Positions 26,337 through 36,300 of a DNA stretch of 64,000 nucleotides are shown in pieces. How positions within the stretch are numbered: the stretch's first letter is position 1; the number at the start of each line of letters is the position of its first letter. Made by a program: the position numbers and the translations under genes. The notes under the pieces are model-generated. The model was not told where the DNA came from, searched no databases, and saw only the letters and a program-made list of their open reading frames with translations. Source of the DNA: a virus; the IMG/VR virus record IMGVR_UViG_3300036780_000209, positions 64,001-128,000 of that record. The stretch is one strand, 5' to 3'.

Positions 26337-26735
26337 TCAGGCCAGGGCCAGCGTCAGCGATGCACTGCCGATGGTGAAGGTGTCTCCCGAGTTGACGGTC
26401 TTGTTCGAGGTCAGCGCGCCCTGCCACTTGCGGGCCGGGGAGCCGGTGCTGTCCCATAGCTCGATGCCCACGATGGTGCAGGCGGGCATGTTCGTGACCG
26501 TGACAGCCGAGTTGCTGGCGATCGAGCCGGCGGAAGCACTCGCGAACGTCACAGTGGGCGCTCCGGTGCCCGAGGTATAGCCTCCGCCCGTGGTCAGCTC
26601 AGTGCCGTTCGCGGTCGCTGACCCGTTCACGGTCATCAGGCGAACGTGAATAGGTCCGGTAGTAGCCGTGAAAGATCCCTGGCCCGTGGATCCGGCCAGG
26701 ATGTTGTTCGCGTGGGTCTGGTCGAAATTAGCCAT
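26337..26735 (-). CDS. Small virion structural protein (fibre base/adaptor type)
   Basis: VRLMT..GTELTTGGGY..F..A..IASN..V..P..I.GIELWD..G.L..KTVNSGDTFTI..L, a widespread phage family. Confidence 0.75.
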   Translation of the reverse strand: MANFDQTHANNILAGSTGQGSFTATTGPIHVRLMTVNGSATANGTELTTGGGYTSGTGAPTVTFASASAGSIASNSAVTVTNMPACTIVGIELWDSTGSPARKWQGALTSNKTVNSGDTFTIGSASLTLALA

Positions 26736-26961
26736 CGCCGCCAGGTCCTCCGGTCAGGAAGCCGATGAGTGCCTCGCCGCGACGATCCCCGGCGCTGGCC
26801 AGGATCGAGTCGCAGCTTCCGTCGGGGCAGCCCGCCGAAGAGCAGCAGTCCATGTGCCGTACCAGGGTGACTCCCCCGTCTTCCGTCATGACGGAATGGC
26901 GCGGGTGATCGTCCGACTGGCCGCAGGCATCGCAGTCGCGCACGGCACGGGTTTCGCTCAT
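26728..26961 (-). CDS. Small Cys/His-rich protein
   Basis: MSETRAVRDCDACGQSDDHPRH..HMDCC..GC..C; SD GAGGAGG. Confidence 0.75.
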   Translation of the reverse strand: MSETRAVRDCDACGQSDDHPRHSVMTEDGGVTLVRHMDCCSSAGCPDGSCDSILASAGDRRGEALIGFLTGGPGGDG

Positions 26962-27013
26962 GGTCGGGCCTCCTCTTTCCTTCTCCGGCGGGCGGCGTGC
27001 GGCGACAGCCCGG

Positions 27014-27991
27014 TTACCAGTTGACGAGCCGGGCGCTGGCCCCGGCAGAAGCGACCTTGTCAGCGCGCTCGACGGTGATTGCCTGGCAGTCGGCGACGTT
27101 GACCACCGCGACCTGGCCGCGCCGCATCGGGTGCGCCGAGACAGCGCCCTTGCCGTCATGCCACTTCGTGAGCTTGATCACTGCTCCGTCGCCCCCGGCC
27201 AGGGACAGCGCTGCATGAGTGAAGGCGGCGGGTGCGTGGACGGCCGATGAGCCGGCCCACACCGGGCAGTGAACGGGGAGGTCCCCGGCCTTGACATTGA
27301 TCAGCACGTCATCGCTCCTGGACGAGGTTGCGGGAGGGGGAGGCGGGGCGGCCTTGACCAGGACGTGCCCGGCCAGGGCGGCAGCGGTGGACTGGAAGGC
27401 CGAGCAGTCCACCGGGCCGGCCACCCCGGGCACCTGGGCCTGGCTCGTGAACTGGAGCAGCAAGGGGGTCATCCCGCCGTACGGAGCCCACCAGGCAGAC
27501 GGAACGGACGCATACAGGGCCTGCGGGGTACCGCTCCCGGCGACGTACTCGCTGGCCCAGGTCCAGTCGAAGAAGGTGAGGTCGGCCGAGCCGGTGTACC
27601 AGTGCGGGGCATAGCCGCCGACAGGGTGGTGCGGGTAGTGCTCGCGGACCCGGGCAACTGCCTCCCGGGCCTGGGCGGTGGTGGGGCTGCCGTCAGCAGC
27701 GCGCTCCAGGTCGATCGCAATGCCGAAACCGGTCAGGTCCCCGGCATTAGCCGCGAACCAGTCGGCCTGCTCGGTGCCGGTGCCCGTGGCATCCATGAAG
27801 AAGTAAGCGAGCGGGATGAATCCGCTTGCCTTCGCCCGGGCCAGCAGGGCCGGCTTGGCGGCGGGCCAGTACGGGTTCGCGTACTTGGTGCCCTCGGTGA
27901 CCTTCTCGGCCCCGAATTCCGTGGACTCGTCCGTGACGGCCCAGTTGACATTGCCCTGGAAGCTGGATGCGTCAATCCCGAAGATGGTCAC
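27014..27991 (-). CDS. Endolysin, GH25 muramidase with Pro linker and C-terminal domain
   Basis: GIDASSFQG.VNW, KVTEG..Y.NP, IDLE (DxE), LLQFTS, VDCS. Confidence 0.9.
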   Translation of the reverse strand: MTIFGIDASSFQGNVNWAVTDESTEFGAEKVTEGTKYANPYWPAAKPALLARAKASGFIPLAYFFMDATGTGTEQADWFAANAGDLTGFGIAIDLERAADGSPTTAQAREAVARVREHYPHHPVGGYAPHWYTGSADLTFFDWTWASEYVAGSGTPQALYASVPSAWWAPYGGMTPLLLQFTSQAQVPGVAGPVDCSAFQSTAAALAGHVLVKAAPPPPPATSSRSDDVLINVKAGDLPVHCPVWAGSSAVHAPAAFTHAALSLAGGDGAVIKLTKWHDGKGAVSAHPMRRGQVAVVNVADCQAITVERADKVASAGASARLVNW

Positions 27992-28024
27992 ATAGCTTCC
28001 GGGGAGAGTCCGGGGCTACGGCAG
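27992..28024 (-). promoter_or_regulatory. Candidate phage late promoter CTG-N22-GAAG-N4 (endolysin, leaderless)
   Basis: CTGCC..CCCCGGAAG-ctat-GTG; same spacing at six other late genes. Confidence 0.65.
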
Positions 28025-28363
28025 GATCAGGCCGCCCCTGGGGAGGGTGACCCGCTGCGGGGCCTGATCCGTCTTCTGGTTGGCCTCGACCTCAGCCCGG
28101 ACCTTCTCGTAGAGGGACCGGACCACCCGGTCCACGGCAGCCTGGGGAGCATAGGGATCCGGGACGTGATCGATGTGCGTGACGTGATCCCCCGGCGCGG
28201 ACTGCATGAACAGCGCGACGGCGTAGGTGGTGATCATCTCCTCGCCCATCGGCACCATCACCGGGATGATCTCGTGATCAATCTGATCCCGCTCGACGGC
28301 CAGGATCGGAAGGTTCTTTATGCCGTCCAGGACCTTTTGGTTGAACCTGTCCGCAAGCCTCAT
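28016..28363 (-). CDS. Hypothetical protein
   Basis: TGATG coupling to the SNF2 gene. Confidence 0.7.
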   Translation of the reverse strand: MRLADRFNQKVLDGIKNLPILAVERDQIDHEIIPVMVPMGEEMITTYAVALFMQSAPGDHVTHIDHVPDPYAPQAAVDRVVRSLYEKVRAEVEANQKTDQAPQRVTLPRGGLILP

Positions 28364-29895
28364 CAGTTCCCCATTTTCCTGTTCTTCGCCATCGCGAACA
28401 TCACCCTGCGGTCCTGCCCGGTGACGAATCCGTCGGCGTCCACGTCGCCCAGCATATTATCCTGCTGGTCATTCCTCTCAAGCAGCTTGGGAATCGTCCT
28501 GGTCTGCTCGATGGTCTTATCCGTGACAAATGTCATGAACGTCAGCGGATTACCCTGGAGAATGCGATGGCCGCGCCCGGCCCTCTGCGTCCTGGTGGCA
28601 TTAGTGAAGGCGGCCTCGTACTCGATGATGTAATCCGCCTCGGGCACGTTGATGCCCCGGGCGGCGGTGTCCGAGGCGAGCAGCACGGCCGGTCCCGGGT
28701 ACTCGCGGAATGCCTTCACCGCCCGGTCCTGCTGGAGCCTGGTTAGCTGGCCATGGCAAGTAAAGACCTTCTGGGTGAGCCTGCGGGCCAGTACGGGCAG
28801 GACGGTCTGGCCGTAGAAGGTGAAGACGAGAGCCTTGTGCCCCTGCTGCTCGATCATGCCCAGGTGGTAGGCGAGCATCTCGGCCTTGGCGCTGGAGCAT
28901 GCTCGCAACTCGTCCTCCAGCTCCTGCGCCACCATGACTGCCAGTCCCGATCCGCCGCGCCTGCCTGCCTCGATGACGGCAAGAGGGTCACCCGCGAGCT
29001 GGCGGAGCAGCACGGCGAGGCCGGGCACGTTCACGTAGCCGTCCTCGTCCCAGGCCAGGTCCTCCAGCTTCCTGTAGATCGCGTACTGGTCGGCATGCAT
29101 CTGGCACCGGATGAACTTCTCCGCGAACGGCGGGAACTGGTCCCGTACGTCCGGGTCAGTCTTGCGCTTGCGCAGGGTCAGCGGATCGCATGCCTGCCGG
29201 AGCCACTCGATCCCCTCGGGATTGTAGACCGGATTATGATAGGCATTACGGTACAGGACGCAGTTCTTGTTGAACTCGTCAACGGAGGGCATTCTGTGCG
29301 GAGCAAGCACCCGCATTTCATTGAAAAATCCCTCGTAGGAGTTAGAGCCCACCGGAGTGGCCGTGAGCCCCAGGGTCCGGACGCCGGTGCCGCTGGCCTT
29401 GGCAATCTCCACGACAAACCGGCGATGGGCCTTGTAGTTCCTGGAGGACCGGTTAGACAGCTTGCTGATCTCGTCGTAGATGACCAGGAGCCGCTTTCCT
29501 GAGTAGGCCTGCAGGAAGGGTCCGGGCCGGAGTTTCAGGCTCGTCTCGAAGACGATGGCATCCGACTTCATCGTCTCGTACGTGGTGATGAGGACGAGCG
29601 GAATTCTTTCCAGGTGCTTTTTCCGGCTGGCCCCATGGTAGATGACCACGTCCTCAAAGCGCGTGAAGGAAGCGAAATCATCTTTCCATTCCGTGAGCTT
29701 ATTGGGCTCGCAGACGATGATGACGTAATCAGCTTCCCCGTCCTCGACCGCCAGGCTGGAGACGCCCAGGGCGGCCATGCTCTTCCCGACGCCGGTATCC
29801 CAGACGAGCATGGCCTGCTCCATCAGGTGAGCACGGGCAATGTGGTCGATCTGGAACGGGATCGCCTTCGGGGGGCAGAAGAGCGAGGCCGTCAC
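28363..29895 (-). CDS. SNF2/SF2 helicase
   Basis: DTGVGKS, ITTYE, IYDEIS, GLTATP, KALVF, ARGINV, QRAGR; GTGA coupling at 29892-29895. Confidence 0.9.
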   Translation of the reverse strand: MTASLFCPPKAIPFQIDHIARAHLMEQAMLVWDTGVGKSMAALGVSSLAVEDGEADYVIIVCEPNKLTEWKDDFASFTRFEDVVIYHGASRKKHLERIPLVLITTYETMKSDAIVFETSLKLRPGPFLQAYSGKRLLVIYDEISKLSNRSSRNYKAHRRFVVEIAKASGTGVRTLGLTATPVGSNSYEGFFNEMRVLAPHRMPSVDEFNKNCVLYRNAYHNPVYNPEGIEWLRQACDPLTLRKRKTDPDVRDQFPPFAEKFIRCQMHADQYAIYRKLEDLAWDEDGYVNVPGLAVLLRQLAGDPLAVIEAGRRGGSGLAVMVAQELEDELRACSSAKAEMLAYHLGMIEQQGHKALVFTFYGQTVLPVLARRLTQKVFTCHGQLTRLQQDRAVKAFREYPGPAVLLASDTAARGINVPEADYIIEYEAAFTNATRTQRAGRGHRILQGNPLTFMTFVTDKTIEQTRTIPKLLERNDQQDNMLGDVDADGFVTGQDRRVMFAMAKNRKMGN

Positions 29896-30215
29896 GCGGC
29901 TATCTCCGTGTCCTCGACCCCGACCATGAGCGTCATCCGGAACGGGGCCGGGCTGAGCGGGATGTCCCGGCTCGTCACCAGGTCCTCCCGGCAGAAGATG
30001 TCCGCAGAGGCCGCTGAGCGGCACGGTTCCCGGAGGTAGCCGCTGAGCATGATGCGCCCGTCGTCGGCCAGCACCTGCCGGGTGAGGGAGATAAGGTGCC
30101 TCCTGCAGCCATGGATGACGGCATACCACGGGCCGTCATCGTGAAGCAGGCGCTCCAGGAGGCGGGCTCGCGCCACGAGCTGAGAGATCCTCAGCTCCAG
30201 CTCCGCAGCGGACAT
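29892..30215 (-). CDS. Hypothetical protein
   Basis: SD AAGGAGGAG; coupled to the SNF2 gene. Confidence 0.7.
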   Translation of the reverse strand: MSAAELELRISQLVARARLLERLLHDDGPWYAVIHGCRRHLISLTRQVLADDGRIMLSGYLREPCRSAASADIFCREDLVTSRDIPLSPAPFRMTLMVGVEDTEIAA

Positions 30216-30238
30216 TTCTCCTCCTTCTAGCTGCGACG

Positions 30239-30304
30239 AGGTTACAGGGAAACCTGCCTGGTGTCTCCCCTGCGCTTGTGCATTACAAGGTTCCTTGGTA
30301 AACT
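30239..30304. promoter_or_regulatory. Divergent sigma70-type promoters, each with an operator-like palindrome
   Basis: Plus: TTGTGC-N17-TAAACT containing perfect CAAGGTTCCTTG (30286-30297). Minus: GAGACA-N17-TAACCT containing CAGGTTTCCCTG (30245-30256). Confidence 0.7.
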
Positions 30305-30335
30305 CATCTTAATGAACCGCCCGCGAGGAGGACAA

Positions 30336-32306
30336 GTGACGACCACAGCCCCCAGGACCTTCACCGACATAGAGGAAATCTTCGCCCAGCGGCTGCCCGG
30401 CTACACGCCGCGCCCCGCCCAGCGCGACACCGCCGCCCGGATCGGCCAGGCCATCTCCGACGAGGGCCTTGCCCTCATCGAGGCCGGCACCGGCACCGGC
30501 AAGTCCTTCGCCGGCCTGATCCCCGCCGTCCTCTCCGGGAAGCGCACCGTCGTGGGCGTCCCCGTCAAGGCGCTCCAGGACCAGTACATCGGCGACCTGC
30601 GGTTCCTCGCCCAGTTCCTCGACTTCACGTGGGCCATCCTCAAGGGCCGCAGCAACTACTTCTGCCGCGCCCAGGCCGAGGCCCTCCAGGCCCCCAACGC
30701 CATCCAGCGGGAGGTCATGCGGATGGTCGCGGACAAGGCCACCGAGACGGGCGACCGCTCTGAGTTCCCCCCGGTCCCGAACGAGGACTGGTCGGCCCTG
30801 TCCATCAGTGCCGCCGAGTGCCCCGGCCGCAAGAACTGCCCCTTCGGCAAGACCTGCTTCGCCGAGCAGGCCAAGGACCGCGCCGCCGACGCCGACATCG
30901 TGGTCACCAACCTGGCCTACCTCCTCACCGACCTCGTGCTCCGCTCCCAGACCGCAGGCACGGTCAGCCTGCTCGGCGACTTCGACCAGCTCATCGTGGA
31001 CGAAGCGCACGAGCTGGAGGACGCGGTCACCAAGGCACTGGAGGACTCCATCGGCGTCGGCGCGTTCATCCGCCTGGCCCGTGACACCGACAACTTCCTG
31101 CACGACCACGGGCTCAAGGAGAACGGCTACCGGATCCAGGCGCTGGCCACCGCCATGTGGGACAAGGTCGAGCGCATCTACGCCAACTGGATGAAGGCCA
31201 ACCAGGTACGCAAGCCCGAGTCGATGCCGCTCCCCCTCAGCGTCATCATGGACTCTCTGGGCGACGACCTGGGCGGCCTGGTCAACGCCATCGCCGAATG
31301 CCGCGCCCAGGTGCTGGCCTTCCGCGCCGACGAGGACTCCAAGTTCGCCAAGTACCGGATGCTGCGCAAGCTCGACAACTGGCGCGAGCGGCTGATGGCC
31401 TTCGCGACCGACGAGCCCGACAAGACGGTCCGGTGGGTCCAGCAGGAGGAGCAGCTCGTGCAGCGCCGCAAGGAGATGCGCACCTACCTCCGGTCGGCCC
31501 CGGTTCACGCCGCGCCGTTCCTGCGGGCCAACGTCTGGGAGAAGATGCCCGCCGTCCTGATGTCCGCCACCCTGGCGGTCGGCGGCGACTTCGGCTACAT
31601 CTCGGAGCGGCTCGGCCTGGACACCTACGAGCCCGCCACCTTCATCACCCGGAGCCCGTTCGACTACGCCGCGCAGGCGATGGTCTACGTGCCCTCGAAG
31701 GACATGCCGATCCCGTCCGGGGCAACCTCCCAGGCCTGGCGCACCTACGCCCAGCAGGCCACCCGGGAGCTGGTCACCCGGGCTCGCGGAGGCGCGCTCC
31801 TGCTCTTCACCTCCCGGGTCGGCATGAACGACACCTACCGGGTGCTCGCCGACGACTTCCGCGCCCAGGGCCTGACCGTCCTGCGCCAGGGCGACGCCGA
31901 AAGCCCCGAGCTGATCCGCCGCTTCAAGGAAGGCAACGCGGTGCTGTTCGGGCTGCGGACCTTCTTCCAGGGCATTGATGTCCAGGGCGAGGCCTGCCGC
32001 CTCGTGGTCATCGACAAGCTCCCGTTCGCGGTCCCCACCGATGTCCTGGTGCAGGCCCGCTACGAGGCTTACGAGCGCCGGTTCGGGATGCGCAAGAGCT
32101 TCTCCGGAATGTCGATCCCCACCATGGCGCTCGTCCTGATCCAGGGATTCGGCCGCCTGATCCGCCACGTCAACGACCGGGGCGTCGTCGCGATCCTCGA
32201 CCCCCGGCTGGAGTCCAAGGGCTACGGCAGGCAGATCATGTCGAAGCTCCCGCCCGCCCCCGTGACCACTGATATCAGCAAGGCCGCCGCCTTCCTCCAG
32301 GGGTAA
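30336..32306 (+). CDS. dinG: DinG/YoaA-family Fe-S DNA helicase
   Basis: Q motif RPAQ, EAGTGTGKS, KGRSNYFC, CPG..CP..C, IVDEAH, MSATL, LLLFTS, QGIDV, KLPF, QGFGRLIR; SD GGAGG before GTG 30336. Confidence 0.95.
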   Translation: MTTTAPRTFTDIEEIFAQRLPGYTPRPAQRDTAARIGQAISDEGLALIEAGTGTGKSFAGLIPAVLSGKRTVVGVPVKALQDQYIGDLRFLAQFLDFTWAILKGRSNYFCRAQAEALQAPNAIQREVMRMVADKATETGDRSEFPPVPNEDWSALSISAAECPGRKNCPFGKTCFAEQAKDRAADADIVVTNLAYLLTDLVLRSQTAGTVSLLGDFDQLIVDEAHELEDAVTKALEDSIGVGAFIRLARDTDNFLHDHGLKENGYRIQALATAMWDKVERIYANWMKANQVRKPESMPLPLSVIMDSLGDDLGGLVNAIAECRAQVLAFRADEDSKFAKYRMLRKLDNWRERLMAFATDEPDKTVRWVQQEEQLVQRRKEMRTYLRSAPVHAAPFLRANVWEKMPAVLMSATLAVGGDFGYISERLGLDTYEPATFITRSPFDYAAQAMVYVPSKDMPIPSGATSQAWRTYAQQATRELVTRARGGALLLFTSRVGMNDTYRVLADDFRAQGLTVLRQGDAESPELIRRFKEGNAVLFGLRTFFQGIDVQGEACRLVVIDKLPFAVPTDVLVQARYEAYERRFGMRKSFSGMSIPTMALVLIQGFGRLIRHVNDRGVVAILDPRLESKGYGRQIMSKLPPAPVTTDISKAAAFLQG

Positions 32307-32317
32307 GGTGACCGGAG

Positions 32318-32358
32318 AGAGGGTGCTCGCCTCCGGGGAGGAGCGAGCGCCCTCTTTT
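32318..32358 (+). terminator. Intrinsic terminator at the dinG / tail operon convergence
   Basis: AGAGGGTGCTCGC..GCGAGCGCCCTCT followed by TTT. Confidence 0.75.
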
Positions 32359-33359
32359 CATGTCACCCGGTACCACAGCGAGGTGTTGGCATCCCAGATG
32401 AACTGCCGGGCCGTCGTCGCGGCGATCACGTCCCCCGTACCGTCGGCCACGTTTGAGGTGCCCGAGGCCGCGAAGGCCATCGTGAAGGCTGACTCGTTGA
32501 TCACCCAGATGCTCTGGCCGCCGAGGGTGGCCGGGGCCAGGATCAGCCCGGTGCAGTTCCCTGCCGCCGAGCACGGGACGACGGACTGGCCCGGGCTGGC
32601 GAAGCTGATCGTGCCGCTGCTGGCCAGGGGAGTCGCCGGGACGGCCTCGGAGAACACCGTCCCCCCGGCCAGGACCGCGTCCTCGGCCACGGTGCCCAGG
32701 ACGACCTGGTGAGCCGCTGAGGCCACGGCATTCAGGCCGATGGCGGTAGAGGCAGTCCCCTGGGCCGAGGCGTTGCTGCCGATGGCCGTGGCTCCCTGGG
32801 TTCCGGCCTGGGCCGCCTGGCCCACGGCAGTGGCCTGGGTAGCCGTGGCCAGGCTCACGGCCCCGGCAGCAACGGACTGCGTGCCGCTGGCCAGAGCGCC
32901 CTGGCCGAGTGCCGTGGCGCTCGCGCTGCTGGCCTGGGCATTCTGCCCGGCTGCCGTCGAGCTGCCCCCGGTGGCGCTGGCGGAATCCCCGAGGGCAACG
33001 GCCTTGGCCTGGTTGGCCACCGCACTCGCGCCGAGCTGGGTAGTGCTCGTCGCGCTGCCCGGGAAGGTCAGCGTGAGGGAGGTAGCCCCTGCTGCGTTGA
33101 CATCCACGTCCAGGACCGGGTACGGCACCTGGCCCGGGGCGCTGATGGACAGGTCCACCCGCTGGGGGTTATCGAGGTAGAAGTCGCAGTTGCCGTCCAG
33201 GGTGATGAACGGGTTGCCGAGCTGGTTCGACGAGATGCTGTCCGCCCACACCGGGTTGCTGATGAGCGTGGTAGTCCCGTTCTGGTACACCGAGACCACG
33301 GCCCCGGGCAGCAGGTCACCCGCGCTGTCCTGAACCGGTGCCCGGAAATGTGCTCTCAT
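32358..33359 (-). CDS. Tail fibre with YadA-head-like 14-aa repeats
   Basis: N-terminal V.VY..GTTT..NPF.T..G...FY domain; repeats AxAxGxxSxAxG; ATGA coupling at 33356-33359. Confidence 0.8.
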   Translation of the reverse strand: MRAHFRAPVQDSAGDLLPGAVVSVYQNGTTTLISNPVWADSISSNQLGNPFITLDGNCDFYLDNPQRVDLSISAPGQVPYPVLDVDVNAAGATSLTLTFPGSATSTTQLGASAVANQAKAVALGDSASATGGSSTAAGQNAQASSASATALGQGALASGTQSVAAGAVSLATATQATAVGQAAQAGTQGATAIGSNASAQGTASTAIGLNAVASAAHQVVLGTVAEDAVLAGGTVFSEAVPATPLASSGTISFASPGQSVVPCSAAGNCTGLILAPATLGGQSIWVINESAFTMAFAASGTSNVADGTGDVIAATTARQFIWDANTSLWYRVT

Positions 33360-36300
33360 AGGTCGCGCCCGATCTGGTTGTAGAGGTTCACCCACTGCTG
33401 CGGGCCGCCGGTCAGGTCGAACACGGTGGTGCTGTCGTAGATGACATCGCCGTTCGGCTTCCCGGCCTTCTTGCGAGCGCTGAAGAACCTGTCCACGTAC
33501 TCCAGGAAGTCATTGCCCTGGGAAACCGAGAACAGCCCCCGGTCGATTCCCATCTGGGTGATTCCCAGGCGCTGCCCGTGCACGTCGGCGAAGTTGCCTA
33601 TCAGGTTCAGGGTAACGCCGGTCATGCCGGCGAAATCCGTCGGCTTGATCGCGGACGGGTTAAAGCTGATCGGGTACAGCTCCGCTGATATCCCGTCAGT
33701 GAAAGCGTCTCCCGGATACCATTCCGCAAGGACATTGTCATTCAGCACCGACGAGTTCGAGACACTGAATATGTGCTTGTACCCGTAGCGCCGGATGAGC
33801 GGCACGTACTGCGCCAGGATCACCAGGTACTCGCGGACGCCGCTGAAATGCTGGTCGGGGCCGTGCCAGATCGTGAATTCGGCGTCCAGGCCCTCCTGCT
33901 GGCAGCTTGCCAGGAAGGACTCGAACTGGCCCGGGGTTGTGGTGGAGTCGGGCCGGATGTCGATGCACACCCGGCGGCCGGCCTGAGCGTCCTTCGCGGC
34001 CAGGCTCGCGTCCAGGGTGGCCGGGATGCTGTTCCCGAAGAAGAGCCGCCGCACGCGCATGGGCTGGCCCGTCCTCTGGATGAAGAAGTCCACGGCATTG
34101 GCGTCCCCGGCAACATTGCCGACCGAGGCCCCGGCCGAGGGCCTGAATGTCGAGATGTGCGTGGCCGTGGCGGTGAGGGTGCCGGCGGCAGTGAAGGCGG
34201 CCGACGCGCTCCACTGGGTGCCGGTGATGTTGGCCGAGCTGTAGTCGTACAGGTCGGAGTAGGCGTCAGTGTAGAAGTCGCTCCCGTCGGCCAGCCCGTA
34301 GAAGTCCTCGTAGGCGTCCGGGTAGGTGTCCTCGTAGGTTGAGGGCTCCGCCGGGGTCACGGCCGGGGGCACGATGGAGATCACGCCGAAGGCGAGGTTG
34401 ACATCGGGCGGCGCAGGCGCGGAAGGAAGCTGAGGGGGCACGAAGGTAGTGCTGCCCAGTCCGAGGATCTGCTTCTGGATGAAGAACCATTCCTGCGGGA
34501 CGGGAAGATCCCAGGCCTGCCAGCGGGGGTCATCCTCGACGGGACCGTACTGATCGGCCGGGACGGCGTTGGGGCCGTGGCCGACTCCCATCGAGCGGGG
34601 CGGGGTGCCCATCGGGTGCATGCTGTACCAGGGGCGTATGGCCAGTGACGAGACGGCGAGATTCGGCCTGTAGCCGGAGACGCGCCACATGAGCTGGTTA
34701 CCGGTCCCCTTCGCGGGCGGCGGGAAGATCATGACGCCCGAGGGGTTGTTCCGGATCTCGTAAGCCGGCCACCAGGAGGCCCCGGCGTCGCTGCTGAACT
34801 CCCAGATGATCGAGTTCTCGAAGATGCTGAGGTCATCGGCGTACCACGTGTCGCTGGTGGCCCCCTTCTGGATGACCCGGGCGCTGAGCGTCCCGCCGAG
34901 CGCCGGGTTCGTGGTGTCCGCCTGGCCCCAGGTGGTGCCGGCGAACCCGGCCCAGGTGGCATGCGAGGCCTGGACGGTGCTCCACGGCGGGCTCGTGATG
35001 ACGACGGAGCCGATCGTGTACCCGACATACCACTCGGTGACTATGCCGCCCTGGACTGGCTGGTCCGACTCCGCCACCACCACCCCGGTGGCCCCGTCCA
35101 GGATCTGCAGGGCGAGGGGGGCATTCAGGGCCTGGGTCGCGAAAACCCGGGCCGCCGCGTAGACCCGGCCGGCGCGGGTCGTCACCACGGGAGGACCGTC
35201 ATAGGCGAACCCGCCGAACGCCGACGTGCTGTTGTTGGCCTGCAGCGCCCCCCAGGTGGGGAGCGCGCTCTGGAGGGCTGACCAGATGGGGTAAAGCTGC
35301 TCCAGGGCTGACCAGCCGTAGGTGCCGGGGACCCGGGTGACCTGGATCATGTTTCCGAGCTGGGAGTTGATGTTGGCGATTACCAGCGGAGGGGAGTCGC
35401 CCGCGTTCGTCCACGTCCCCAGGGCAGGATCGGAGAAGGACGGGTCCGGCAGGAGCTGGACTGGCTCGGACTCGGTGGTGGCGAACTGAATTCCGCGCAC
35501 CGGGCTCCCGGAGCTGAAAACGTTGCTGTTGACGCGGGCGAATGACGCGAGCGCGGGGAATGCCCCGGGAGAGGAGAGCATTCCCTGCGACCAGGACCAG
35601 GGCACTATCCCCGGAACGAAGGAAGCCAGGGATGACTGGCTGATGTTATGAGTATCGTCAAAGTTATCGACGTATTCCTCGGTATCATCCTGGGCCGTGA
35701 ATTCCGCTCGGTACATGCCCAGGGAAGAGACGGAAACAAAGTAAGCCACCCGGGAGAGCTGCGGGATTACCGCCTCTTCGTAAGAATGCACCTGGGCGGT
35801 AGGTATGCGGCTCACCGTGGTTTCCGGCTGCCAGGGCTGGAAGTTGTACATGCTCCCGGCCTGCTGGGCCAGTGCCGAGGCGGCTACCGGGTCAGTGGCA
35901 TACAGCGCCTCGGTGGGCAGCGTGCTGCCCGGGGCCGGGTCGGGAGTCGGGGTGGGGGTGTCCTGGAACGCGACGGTGGCGGCTATCCCCTGGTTGACCA
36001 CGAGGCCGTTGTCCACGGCCGGGGAGTCGTTCCCGGGATGGCGCGGGCGGGGCTGCTGGCCGAGGGGGAGCTGGGGCAGCCGCCTGATGGTCTGGGGGTA
36101 GCTGCCGAGGAAGTCGTAGTGCTGCGGCTGCAGGTGGGTGAACTCGAACTTGAAGACCGATGCCAGCACCGGGCTGAACTCGACGAAGCCCCGGGCCAGG
36201 CGAAAGTCGCGCATGACCGGGATCCACGTGCACGCCTCGTAGGAGCTTCCCGGGCCGCCGACGAACCCGTAGGGGTTGATCCCGGTGCCGGGCTCGCCGA

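Noticed and set aside
8170-32306. Cas4-like nuclease plus DinG as a CRISPR-Cas (type IV) system
   Set aside because: No repeat-spacer array and no cas5/6/7-like genes seen; the two genes are over 20 kb apart and the nuclease sits in a recombination operon.
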